DNA of 64,000 bases from an uncultured Clostridia bacterium (GCA_945929845.1 CAMEON010000003.1:16723-80722); one strand, 5' to 3'. Shown: positions 27,484-36,652, numbered from the stretch's first letter. Numbers and translations are program-made. Notes: generated from the sequence alone by a model not told the origin.

Positions 27484-28230
27484 TTATGCTTTGCTGAGAA
27501 AGTTCTTCAGCAGAGGGCTTCTGGGATTTCCGAAGACCTGCTCCGCACTGCCCATTTCCTCAATGATGCCATCCGCCATGAAGATGACCTTATCCGCCAC
27601 GCTCCGGGCGAATTCCATCTCATGGGTCACCACCACCATGGTGCTGTCCCCGGACTTCAGTCCCCGGATGACAGAGAGCACCTCCCCGGTCAGCTCCGGA
27701 TCCAGGGCGGAGGTAGGTTCGTCAAAGCAGAGGATGTCCGGGGACAGGGCCAGTGCCCGGGCAATGGCCACCCGCTGTTGCTGTCCGCCGGACAACTGAC
27801 AGGGGTAGAAGTCCGCCTTCTCGGAAAGGCCCACCCGATGGATGAGCCGCCGGGCTTCCTCCTGGATCTCCTCCGGTGTCCCCCGGCCAAGAAGGGTGGG
27901 TGCCAGGGTCACATTCTTCAGCACGGTGTACTGGGGAAAGAGGTTGAACTGCTGGAACACCAGACCAAAATGCAACCGGGCCTGCCGGATCTCCTCGTCC
28001 CGGCGCTTCCCCTTGACCGGGCCGTCAAAAATACATTCCCCGTTCACCGAGATCCTGCCGCTGTCCGCCGTTTCCAGAAAGTTCAGACAGCGCAGAAGCG
28101 TGGTCTTTCCCCCGCCGGAGGAGCCGATGATGGCCAGCACCTCCCCCTTCTCCAGCGAGAAGGTGATGTCCCGCAGTACCTTCACCGAGCCGAAGGATTT
28201 GGACAGATTTTCTACAGACAGTACAGACAC
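27484..28230 (-). CDS. Polar amino acid ABC transporter ATP-binding protein
   Basis: Walker A GSSGGGKTT, signature LSGGQQQR, Walker B ILCFDEPTSALD. Confidence 0.9.
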   Translation of the reverse strand: MSVLSVENLSKSFGSVKVLRDITFSLEKGEVLAIIGSSGGGKTTLLRCLNFLETADSGRISVNGECIFDGPVKGKRRDEEIRQARLHFGLVFQQFNLFPQYTVLKNVTLAPTLLGRGTPEEIQEEARRLIHRVGLSEKADFYPCQLSGGQQQRVAIARALALSPDILCFDEPTSALDPELTGEVLSVIRGLKSGDSTMVVVTHEMEFARSVADKVIFMADGIIEEMGSAEQVFGNPRSPLLKNFLSKA

Positions 28231-28249
28231 AGCCTTACCTCCTCATGGC

Positions 28250-28942
28250 TCAGTTGAAATAGGACAGCTTCTTTTCCAGCTTCTTGAACAGAATGGTCAG
28301 CACGCCGCTGAAGACCAGGTAGTAGACCGCCGTGAAGAACAGCGGCCATATCTCCCCGGATATGCCCTGGGAGCCCTTCATGAAGGCCTGCCCGGCCCAG
28401 ATGATCTCCTGCAGGGCGATGATCCGTGCCAGCGAGGTATCCTTGACCAGCGTGATGATCTCGTTGGCCATGGGGGGCACGATGCGCTTGACCATCTGAA
28501 GCAGTGTGACCTTGAAGAAGATCTGGGACTTGGTCAGACCCAGCACCTGTCCCGCCTCGGTCTGCCCCCGGGGTACGCCCAGGATGCCGCCCCGGTAGAT
28601 CTCCGAGAAGTAGCAGGCATAGTTGAACACGAAGGCCACCGAGGCGGCCAGGAAACGGCCGGTCTCCCCGCTACCCCATATGTTGTTGCCCAGCACCAGG
28701 CCGGGAAAGTAGAAGATGATGAGCAGTTGGATCATCAGCGGGGAGCCCCGCACCACCCAGATGATACCGTTGACCAGCCAGGACAGCGGCTTGAAGCGGG
28801 ACATGGATCCGAAGCAGATGATCAGTCCCAGGGGGATAGCCCCTGCCAGGGTGACAAGGAACAGCTTCAGCGTCTGCAGAAAGCCGGTATTCAGAGCCGA
28901 GAAGACGGTGGGAAACTGCTCAATGAAATTCTCAAAAATCAT
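28250..28942 (-). CDS. Polar amino acid ABC transporter permease (His/Glu/Gln/Arg family)
   Basis: 230 aa, 5 TM, typical HisM/GlnP-like sequence (GGILGVPRGQTEAGQVLGL). Confidence 0.85.
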   Translation of the reverse strand: MIFENFIEQFPTVFSALNTGFLQTLKLFLVTLAGAIPLGLIICFGSMSRFKPLSWLVNGIIWVVRGSPLMIQLLIIFYFPGLVLGNNIWGSGETGRFLAASVAFVFNYACYFSEIYRGGILGVPRGQTEAGQVLGLTKSQIFFKVTLLQMVKRIVPPMANEIITLVKDTSLARIIALQEIIWAGQAFMKGSQGISGEIWPLFFTAVYYLVFSGVLTILFKKLEKKLSYFN

Positions 28943-29078
28943 ACGGACTCCTCATATGTGGTGGTCAAAAGACCCCGGAACAGGGGACTGCGTGGCAGAA
29001 AGACCGCTGCCTCTCTGCCACGCAGGGTGTATGGACAGCCGCCCGGGCCGGGCGTGTCCGGCGGGTGCCGTGTATGGC

Positions 29079-29879
29079 TTACTTGGAGTAATCCGTGATC
29101 AGGTACTCCCCGATCCCGTACTTGTCGGCGATCTGCTTCAGCGTGCCGTCGGCGGCCTTGGCGGCGAAGAATTCGTTCAGCTTATCCGCAAGGTTGGAAT
29201 CCTTCCGGAAGCCCACGCCGTACTCCTCGGTGGCCAGGCTGGCGGTGTAGGTCAGGTTGCTGTAGCCGGTGCCCTCGCCGACGGAGGCCACAGCCATCAG
29301 AAAGTCGATCACAGCGGCATCGCTGGTACCGGCGGCTACCTCCATCAGGGCGGCCTGCTGATCTGCCACCTCGGTGCAGGTGAAGCCGTTGGCTACAGCG
29401 GCGGCCTGACCGGCAGAGCCCTTCTCCACGGCGAACCGCAGGCTCTTGCAGGCCTCGGCGGTCTTATACTGGTCTGCCACATCGGCACGGACGATGACCA
29501 CCTGGGCGTTGTTGAAGTAGGGCTTGGAGGTAGCCATGGCGGACTTGACCTCATCGATCAGGGTCATGCCGTTCCACACGCAGTCGATGTTCTTGGCATC
29601 CAGCTCGAAGGTCTTGCTGTCCCAGTCGATGAGCACGAATTCCACATCCACGCCGATATACTGGGCAAAGGCGGTGGCAGTGTCAGCGTCAAAGCCGACC
29701 CACTTCCCGTCTGCATCCTTATAGTCCATCGGCTCAAACTCGGTGATACCCACCACCAGCTTTCCCTTGTCCTTCACATAGGCAAGGTCATCGGCATTCT
29801 TCTGTCCGCAGGAGGTAAAGCAGACCCCCAGACTCATGGCCATCACAAGGGCCAGGGCAAGCGCAAGCATTCTTTTCAT
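29079..29879 (-). CDS. Amino acid ABC transporter substrate-binding lipoprotein
   Basis: Lipoprotein signal ...SLGVCFTSC/GQ. Family-3 SBP-like sequence (DVEFVLIDWDSKTFELDAKNIDCVWNGMT). Confidence 0.85.
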   Translation of the reverse strand: MKRMLALALALVMAMSLGVCFTSCGQKNADDLAYVKDKGKLVVGITEFEPMDYKDADGKWVGFDADTATAFAQYIGVDVEFVLIDWDSKTFELDAKNIDCVWNGMTLIDEVKSAMATSKPYFNNAQVVIVRADVADQYKTAEACKSLRFAVEKGSAGQAAAVANGFTCTEVADQQAALMEVAAGTSDAAVIDFLMAVASVGEGTGYSNLTYTASLATEEYGVGFRKDSNLADKLNEFFAAKAADGTLKQIADKYGIGEYLITDYSK

Positions 29880-29960
29880 GATACGATTCCTTTCTGTCCT
29901 TCAGTGTTGTTTTGTTCTGCCGCTTTAGCTCTTTACTCTGCTAAAGCGATGAATGACTAT

Positions 29961-29989
29961 ATTATACACGATGACAGCCCATTTGTCAA
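29961..29989 (-). promoter_or_regulatory. SigA-type promoter of the amino-acid ABC operon
   Basis: On the minus strand: TTGACA (29989-29984), 17 nt, TATAAT (29966-29961). Confidence 0.7.
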
Positions 29990-30030
29990 GGGCTTTTCTT
30001 AAAAAAATGTAAAATGCAATGAAAATGCGT

Positions 30031-30290
30031 GTTACAGTTCGTTACAGTTCAGGCGGGGGATGGGGATACGGTGGGAAACTTCTTGAAAGAAGTTTCCCAC
30101 ACCCTTCAAGAACTTTCAAAACATGTATTGTTTACTGTTCGGGGCGTTATTCTGTCATATATTTGCTATCATTTTCCCAGAGGAGCCAGCGTTACTGTTA
30201 CCCGAAATAGCAAAAACGCCCTCGCGGGGACCCCTATCCCCGCTCTACAGCGAAAAGGGGAGCGTACTACGGGGGTAGGTGAACGGTAAC
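30031..30290 (+). repeat. MITE-like repeat, full-length copy A
   Basis: Starts with tandem GTTACAGTTC GTTACAGTTC and ends GAACGGTAAC. About 85% identical by eye to 36365-36611 and to the reverse complement of 47118-47368. Flanked by AAAATGCGT / AGAATGCGT. Confidence 0.85.
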
Positions 30291-30345
30291 AGAATGCGTT
30301 ACCGTTGGCGGTTCGGCTATTTGGCTTTACAATGAACCCGGTGCA

Positions 30346-30385
30346 TCAAAAACCCGGGAAAGCCCTCTGCAAAGGGTTCCCCGGG
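30346..30385 (-). terminator. Rho-independent terminator of the oxidoreductase/isomerase operon
   Basis: Minus strand: CCCGGGGAACCCTTTGCAGAGGGCTTTCCCGGG followed by TTTTT. Confidence 0.75.
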
Positions 30386-30404
30386 TTGCGGTATTTTTCA
30401 GAGC

Positions 30405-31373
30405 TTATGCCCAGCTCATGGTGGTGGGCTTTTCCTCAAAGATGCAGACAGACTTGAGGAAAGCCACGGCCTTGGCCAGACCCTCGTCAATGGTCATGAC
30501 GCTGTCCTCATGCTCGATGGACAGCACACGGTCATACCCGCACAGGCGCAGGTTGGAGATCATATCCCGCCAGTAGGTCTCGCCGTTGCCGTAGCCCACG
30601 GTGCGGAAGACCCAGGAGCGGTGCAGTTCGTCAGAGTAGTGCTTGGTGTCCAGCACACCGTTCTTGGCGGTGTTGTACGGGTCGATCTTGGTGTCCTTGG
30701 CGTGGACATGGTAGATGGCACCGGCCAACTCCCGGATGGCGGCCACCGGATCCATGCCCTGCCAGACCAAGTGGGACGGGTCGAAGTTGGCACCGATCAC
30801 CGGGCCGACTGCTTCCCGCAGGCGGAGCAGGGTGGCGGGATTGTACACGCAGAAGCCGGGGTGCATCTCAAAGGCGATATGGGGCACATGGTGAGCCTCG
30901 GCAAAGGCACCGGCCTCCTTCCAGTAGGGAATCAGCTTCTCATTCCATTGCCAGTCCAGGATGGCCAGGTAATCCTCCGGCCAGGGACAGGTGACCCAGT
31001 TGGGGTACCTGGACTGCTCGCAGTCTCCGGGACAGCCGGAGAAGGTGATCACCGTATCCACGCCCATCTTCTCCGCCAGCAGGACAGCGTTGCGGAAATC
31101 CTTATCATACTGGGCGGCCACGGCCTTGTCCGGATGCAGGGCATTGCCGTGGGCGGCCAGGGCGCAGACCTCCACATCGTACTTCTTCAGGGTGTCGATG
31201 AAGGCCTGGTACTTGGCCGGATCAGCCAACAGCTCCTCCGGGTTGCAGTGGGCCTTGCCGGGATACCCGCCGGCACCCAGCTCCACAGTGTGGACGCCCA
31301 GACCGGTCAGGATCTTCAGCGTTTCATCCAGGGGCTTTCCCCCGTACAGGTTTGCAAGAACACTCAGTTTCAT
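30405..31373 (-). CDS. Sugar phosphate isomerase/epimerase (xylose-isomerase-like TIM barrel)
   Basis: 322 aa with a typical AP_endonuc_2/TIM pattern (VELGAGGYPGKAH..., FEMHPG..., HVHAKD..., LSIEHED). Confidence 0.75.
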   Translation of the reverse strand: MKLSVLANLYGGKPLDETLKILTGLGVHTVELGAGGYPGKAHCNPEELLADPAKYQAFIDTLKKYDVEVCALAAHGNALHPDKAVAAQYDKDFRNAVLLAEKMGVDTVITFSGCPGDCEQSRYPNWVTCPWPEDYLAILDWQWNEKLIPYWKEAGAFAEAHHVPHIAFEMHPGFCVYNPATLLRLREAVGPVIGANFDPSHLVWQGMDPVAAIRELAGAIYHVHAKDTKIDPYNTAKNGVLDTKHYSDELHRSWVFRTVGYGNGETYWRDMISNLRLCGYDRVLSIEHEDSVMTIDEGLAKAVAFLKSVCIFEEKPTTMSWA

Positions 31374-31430
31374 AGTCAGAATACCTCTTTTCCCATCATT
31401 TTTCCATTTGTGAATTGAATATAGCAGGCA

Positions 31431-32966
31431 TCATTCCACATTGAATCTCACAACGAAGGCGGCCTGCCCCGGCTCCAGCTGCAGGTGCAGATCCTCAGAG
31501 TTGTCTGCCCGCACGCAGCCCTCGTCCGTCCATACGGCGGTATATTGCAGGCCATCGAAATGCAGTGTCACATCGGCATCCTTGGTGTAGCTGACATTCA
31601 CCACATAGTAAGCCTCACGCCCTTCCTCATCCTCAAAGCAACCGATCACCGCCTTGCCGGAGGAGGCTTCCACATCCTTCAACACGCCGAAGGAATCCAG
31701 CACCACTTCACAGCCTGCTAAAGAGGGCCGCCGGGACACGGCACCGTAGTTGGCCAGCATGATGCCCTTGTTGTCGTAATCCAGGAAGACACCCTTGAAG
31801 GCTTCCAGCTCCTCGTTGACAGCCTTGACCTTGTCATAGAGCGGCGTAGTCTCTCCGTGGGCATCGATCATGTTGGTATACTCCCAGCCCTCGTAATGCT
31901 CGCAGGTCAGGAAGTAGGCAAAGCCCTTGACACCCATGGCCAGGTTGAGGTGCGCATTCAACCGGATCTCCTCCAGGGTCGGCTCCCGCATACCGCTACT
32001 GCCGGAGGACTGAATGAAGGTGTACAGCTCCACCCCGGCCCGATCGGCCTCCTCCTTGGCGATGGCGATATTCACCATCATTTCAGGGAGGGAGTCCCCG
32101 GAGCTTGCCTGGTAGGGATAGTAATCAAACATCAGCAGGCTGGGCTTCACTGTCTCCAGGTAGGTGCGGACATAGTTGCGGTAATCCGAGGTGATCACGC
32201 TGGGCGGTGCGTAGGTGGGGAGCAGGTTGGCCAGCACAGGGAGCGTGTTGTCCTCCCCCAGCCCCTCCCGTATCTTCCCCAGGGTGTCAGCCACCTCACC
32301 AATGCCGTCAAAGGAGGGTTCGTCCTTGACATAGATGGCCGCCAGCGCATCGGCATCCTCCGAGTCCAGCATGGCCCGGATCTTCTCCAAGGAGTAGTCC
32401 GCTCCCTGACCGACGCAGTTATACCACAGCTTCATACCGGCTTTCTTGGCCGAGGAGAGGGACTCCAGAGGCTAGTAGGAGGAACTCCACTCCTCCAGGG
32501 TGATCATGAAATTGAGGCCCGCATCGGCCAGTAGCTGGAAGGCGGCATCATAGCTACCCTCCACGCCGGTGTACCCGTCCCGTAGCTGGGAGGCGGGGGT
32601 GGCCCAACCGCCGATGGGCAGTGTGTTGCCCTGGTACTCTCCGGACAGCATACGCAACATGCGGGTGCGTTCGTCCTCGGTCAACACCGGCTGCCCTGCG
32701 GTCTCCTCCTCGGTTACTGCGTCAGTTGTCGCAACCGTCGTAGCCTCCGTCATACGCTCACTCTCCCCTTCTTCGGTCGCAGGCTCTGTGGTATCCTCGT
32801 CTCCGGCGGATGTGGCGGTGGGCACACTTCCGCCCTCGGAGAAGCGGGAATCCAACTCCTCCTTCAGCGTGACGGAGCCGACCCCGTTTGACTTTGATGC
32901 ACAGGAGGCAAAGCACACGATCAGCATACACAGGCAAAGGCACAGGGCAATCATTCTTTTCTTCAT
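31431..32966 (-). pseudogene. Secreted lipoprotein with a glycoside-hydrolase-like TIM-barrel region, interrupted by a single in-frame TAG (32474-32472)
   Basis: ORFs 32966-32472 and 32435-31431 share one frame. The read-through translation is ...ITLEEWSSSY*PLESLSSAKKAGMKLWYN... Lipobox CFASC at the N-terminus. IYVKDEPS and FDYYPYQ resemble GH TIM-barrel strands. Confidence 0.6.
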
Positions 32967-33023
32967 AAACGATCCATCCTTGATTCAGTCGTTCAGTCTC
33001 TTCTCAGCCTTGAGAGACTGTCT

Positions 33024-34112
33024 TCAGAAGCGGTACAGGTCGCCGGTCTTGGCGGAGATGTAAATGCCCTCCAGGATCCGTGTGACCGTGAAGGCCTGCT
33101 CCGGCAGGACGCAGGGCTGCTTGTCGTTCCGCACGGCATCGATCCACTGGGCGGCCTCCAGCACGGCGGGGTCGGCACTGGTCACGCCCTCAAAGAAGGC
33201 GGCTCCGGCGGCGGAGAAGTTGGGCTTGAAGACATACTGGCAGTTCTGCCGGATGCCGTTGATGCGCAGGCCGTCGTTCATGTCGCCGCCGGCCAGGGTG
33301 CCGCAGATGGTGGTGACGGCTTCCCGCACATCCAGGGTGTTCAGAGCCCAGGCGGACTCCAGGTTGATGACGGCACCGTTCTCCATGACCACCATACCGA
33401 AAGCACTGTCCTCCACCGTGAACTTTTCCGGATCCCAGTTGCCCCAGGCGTTGCCCTGGTTGGTGTCCTTGTTCAGCTTGTGGAAGGTCTGACCCAGGCA
33501 GTACTTGGGCTTGTAGTTGTCCATCATCCACAGCGTCAGATCCAGGGCATGGGTGCCGATGTCGATGAGAGGTCCGCCGCCCTGCTCATACTCGTTCAGG
33601 AACACGCCCCAGGTGGGGACAGCCCGGCGGCGCAGAGCGGTGGCCTTGGCGTAGTAGATCTCGCCGAAGGTGCCGGCCAGGCACTCGTTCTTCATGTACT
33701 GGGCATCTGCCCGCTGGCGGCTCTGGTAGCCGATGGTCAGCTTCTTGCCGGTCTCCCTGGCGGCATCCAGCATCTTCTTGGCTTCCTCGGAATTGATGGC
33801 CATGGGCTTCTCGCACATGACATGCTTTCCGGCATGCAGGGCATCCACCGTGATGAAGCTGTGGGCCCGGTTGGGAGTGCAGACATGCACCACATCAATG
33901 GACTTGTCCTCCAGCAGCTTGCGGTAGTCGGTGTAGACCGCCGCATCCGGGGTGCCGTAGTCCTGTCTGGCCTTCTGCGCCCGCTCCTCAATGATGTCGC
34001 AGAAAGCGACCATCTGCACGCCGGGGATCTGCTTCAGGGAGGGCATATGCTTGCCGTTGGCAATGCCTCCGCATCCGATGATGCCCACCCGAATGGTATT
34101 CTCCTGTCCCAT
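33024..34112 (-). CDS. Gfo/Idh/MocA family NAD(P)-dependent oxidoreductase
   Basis: IRVGIIGCGGIANGKHMPSL Rossmann motif and EKPMA motif; 362 aa. Confidence 0.85.
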   Translation of the reverse strand: MGQENTIRVGIIGCGGIANGKHMPSLKQIPGVQMVAFCDIIEERAQKARQDYGTPDAAVYTDYRKLLEDKSIDVVHVCTPNRAHSFITVDALHAGKHVMCEKPMAINSEEAKKMLDAARETGKKLTIGYQSRQRADAQYMKNECLAGTFGEIYYAKATALRRRAVPTWGVFLNEYEQGGGPLIDIGTHALDLTLWMMDNYKPKYCLGQTFHKLNKDTNQGNAWGNWDPEKFTVEDSAFGMVVMENGAVINLESAWALNTLDVREAVTTICGTLAGGDMNDGLRINGIRQNCQYVFKPNFSAAGAAFFEGVTSADPAVLEAAQWIDAVRNDKQPCVLPEQAFTVTRILEGIYISAKTGDLYRF

Positions 34113-34173
34113 ATTTTTGTCTCCTTACATTTTACATGATCCTGGTTTGGATTCCGCATATGCGGCCAATATC

Positions 34174-34202
34174 ATTTTACCGCATCCCGGATGATTTTGC
34201 AA
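34174..34202 (-). promoter_or_regulatory. SigA-type promoter of the oxidoreductase operon
   Basis: Minus strand: TTGCAA (34202-34197), 17 nt, TAAAAT (34179-34174). The palindrome CCGCATATGCGG lies downstream. Confidence 0.55.
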
Positions 34203-34417
34203 TGATTTTTCACAGTTCTCCGACATTTTCGGCAGGTTGTACAAAATGAGGGAGAATTTTGTGGCAGGTTGACGATTGAAAAAAAGTCGCCTGCTTTTCG
34301 CAAGCAAGTGTCTGTCGTGCATACATTGGTTTTTCAGGGAAATGCTGATTGCATGCGGAACTGTAACGAACTGTAGCCGAACCATAACGATTTTCGTGAC
34401 CAACCTCCGGAAATCCC

Positions 34418-34446
34418 TTGACAAGTGGGGGGATTTTGTGTATAAT
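34418..34446 (+). promoter_or_regulatory. SigA-type promoter of rny
   Basis: TTGACA (34418-34423), 17 nt, TATAAT (34441-34446). RBS AAGGAGG lies before the ATG at 34521. Confidence 0.75.
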
Positions 34447-34520
34447 AGATATATGTCCGCCCGTCCATCCCGGCGGGCGGCGTTTCATATTCATTCAATA
34501 CTGTATAAGGAGGTGTAAAA

Positions 34521-36074
34521 ATGAATCCACTGATAGCAGCCATTGGTATTCCTGTGGCATTGGTCATCGGTGTGGTGGTCGGCGTAGTGGTCGGCATGGT
34601 CATCCGGAAACGGGTCGCCGAGGCAGAGATCGGCTCGGCTGAGGAAGAAGCGGCCAAGCTGGTTGACGAAGGCCGCAAGCAGGCGGAGACCCTGAAGAAG
34701 GAAGCCCTGCTGTCCGCCCAGGAAGAGAACCTGCGCACCAAGAAAGACATGGAACAGGAGATCAAGGATCGCCGGGCCGAAGTCTCCCGCACGGAGTCCC
34801 GACTGGCGAAAAAGGAAGAGAACCTGGACAAGAAGAGCGAGCTGTTCGATCGTAAGAACGAGCAACTGGACAAGCGGATCAAGGAGGCGGAAGCCGTCCG
34901 TGAGCAGGCCGACAGCGTGCTGGCTCAGCACATGGCCCGGCTGGAGCAGATCTCCGGCTATACCAGCGAACAGGCTAAGGCAGAGCTGGTCGCCAACATG
35001 GAGACGGAAGTGCGCCACGAGATGGGCCAGCGACTGGTGGAGCTGGAGGCACAGTACAAGGAGGAGGCAGACGAAAAAGCCCGCCATATCATGGCACTGG
35101 CCATTCAGCGCTGCGCCGGTGACTTCGTGGCCGAATCCACCATCTCGTCCGTGGCTCTGCCCAGCGAGGAGATGAAGGGACGCATCATCGGCCGGGAAGG
35201 CCGGAACATCCAGAAGCTGGAGACCCTGACCGGTGTGGAGCTGATCATCGACGACACGCCGGAGGTCATCACCATTTCCGGCTTTGACCCCATCCGCCGG
35301 GAGGTTGCCCGCCTGGCTCTGGAGAAGCTGATCGCCGACGGACGCATCCATCCCACCCGCATCGAGGAAATGGTGGAGAAAGCCAAGAAGGAAGTGGATG
35401 CCGCCATCAAGCAGGCCGGAGAGAAGGCTACCTTTGAGGTCAACATCCACGGCATCAATCCTGACCTGGTTCGCCTGCTGGGTCGATTGCATTACCGCAC
35501 CAGCTACGGGCAGAATGTCCTGCAGCACTCGGTAGAGGTGGCCATCCTGGCCGGGATCATGGCCGAGGAGCTGGGCGTAGACCCGGTGCTGGCTCGCCGT
35601 GCCGGACTGCTTCACGACATCGGCAAGGCGTTCCCCTATGATGTGGAAGGCTCCCATGTGCAGATCGGTGTCAATGCCGCCAAGAAGTACAAGGAGAGCA
35701 AGGAAGTCATCCATGCCATTGAAGCGCACCACGGCGATGTGGAGCCCCAGACGGTGGTGGCCGTGTTGGTACAGGCCGCCGATGCCATTTCCGCCGCCAG
35801 ACCCGGTGCCCGCCGTGAGGACATGGAGAACTACATCAAGCGTCTGGAAAAGCTGGAGGAGATCGCCGAGAGCTACGCAGGTGTGGAAAAGGCGTACGCC
35901 ATCCAGGCCGGGCGGGAGCTGCGGGTGATGGTCAAGCCGGAAGCCGTCAGCGATGCCGATATGGCACTCATTGCCCGTGAGATGGCCGAGAAGATCCAGG
36001 CGGAGGTTAAATACCCCGGCCAGATCAAGATCAATATCATCCGGGAAAGCCGTGCCGTCAGCTACGCCAAGTGA
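34521..36074 (+). CDS. rny: Ribonuclease Y
   Basis: N-terminal TM helix, coiled-coil region, KH domain ([12 protein letters not shown]) and HD domain (LHDIGKA...HH); 517 aa. Confidence 0.95.
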   Translation: MNPLIAAIGIPVALVIGVVVGVVVGMVIRKRVAEAEIGSAEEEAAKLVDEGRKQAETLKKEALLSAQEENLRTKKDMEQEIKDRRAEVSRTESRLAKKEENLDKKSELFDRKNEQLDKRIKEAEAVREQADSVLAQHMARLEQISGYTSEQAKAELVANMETEVRHEMGQRLVELEAQYKEEADEKARHIMALAIQRCAGDFVAESTISSVALPSEEMKGRIIGREGRNIQKLETLTGVELIIDDTPEVITISGFDPIRREVARLALEKLIADGRIHPTRIEEMVEKAKKEVDAAIKQAGEKATFEVNIHGINPDLVRLLGRLHYRTSYGQNVLQHSVEVAILAGIMAEELGVDPVLARRAGLLHDIGKAFPYDVEGSHVQIGVNAAKKYKESKEVIHAIEAHHGDVEPQTVVAVLVQAADAISAARPGARREDMENYIKRLEKLEEIAESYAGVEKAYAIQAGRELRVMVKPEAVSDADMALIAREMAEKIQAEVKYPGQIKINIIRESRAVSYAK

Positions 36075-36324
36075 GCATATCCCCTTCGCAACGCTTACCC
36101 GCCCACAAGGGCCACTTTATGTAACATAAAGGGATCAATGGAATTTCACACCACGGTTCTGTCTATATTTGTTATTTGTTGTCTATTGGTTATTGTCTGT
36201 TGTCCGCCCAGCCAAACGGCGGTTTTCACAATAAAATAACATACAGTCCCCATGTTCATAATCGCCGCACGGACCGCAGACCCTTCGGTGTCATGCGCCG
36301 GACGCTGTGGCTTGGTATAAAGAT

Positions 36325-36364
36325 CATCCCGCATCCTCCCCCGTGGAGGGTGCGGGATCTTTTG
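36325..36364 (+). terminator. Strong rho-independent terminator 250 nt downstream of rny
   Basis: ATCCCGCATCCTCC-cccgt-GGAGGGTGCGGGAT followed by CTTTT. Confidence 0.8.
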
Positions 36365-36611
36365 GTTACAGTTCAGGTAGGGTACGGGAGAACGCCTGGG
36401 GGCTTCTTGAAAGAAGCCCCCAGACCCCCAAGAACTTTCAAAACATGTATTGTGTATGATTCGGAGCGTTATTCTGTCATATATTTGCTATCATTTTCCC
36501 AGAGGAGCCGGCGTTACTGTTACCCGAAATAGCAAAAACGCCTTCGCGGGGCCCCTCGCCCCGCTCTACGGCGGAAAAGGGAGCGCACGGCGGGGGCAGG
36601 TAAACTGTAAC
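36365..36611 (+). repeat. MITE-like repeat, full-length copy B
   Basis: GTTACAGTTCAGG...CAGGTAAACTGTAAC. Internal perfect hairpins at 36398-36421 and 36546-36564. Flanks are GATCTTTTG / GATCCTTTC. Confidence 0.85.
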
Positions 36612-36652
36612 GATCCTTTCGTGTGGCGGTTGCTCACAGGGAAATATGCCTC

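Noticed and set aside
28943-29078. GC-rich hairpins between the SBP and permease genes of the amino-acid ABC operon (CTGCGTGGCAGA...TCTGCCACGCAG)
   Set aside because: This is probably the common intra-operon stabiliser or partial terminator that raises SBP stoichiometry. It is not unusual.
30029-30289. Small ORFs inside the repeat copies (86 aa at 30029-30289, 76 aa at 47356-47126, and the N-terminal 94 codons of ORF 36450-38171). Their translations resemble each other (GNFLKEV..QELSK..L....ILSYIC..F..GAS...).
   Set aside because: The similarity follows from nucleotide identity of the repeats. The start codons are non-equivalent GTGs with no RBS. The stems that co-vary argue for nucleic-acid rather than protein constraint. 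One copy is only open because it runs into the LRR gene. Coding cannot be formally excluded without Ka/Ks analysis on more copies.
32472-32474. Pyrrolysine decoding of the in-frame TAG
   Set aside because: No pylTSBCD genes or methylamine methyltransferase context occur in the window, and the host gene family is not known to use Pyl. A nonsense mutation or sequencing error is the more economical explanation.
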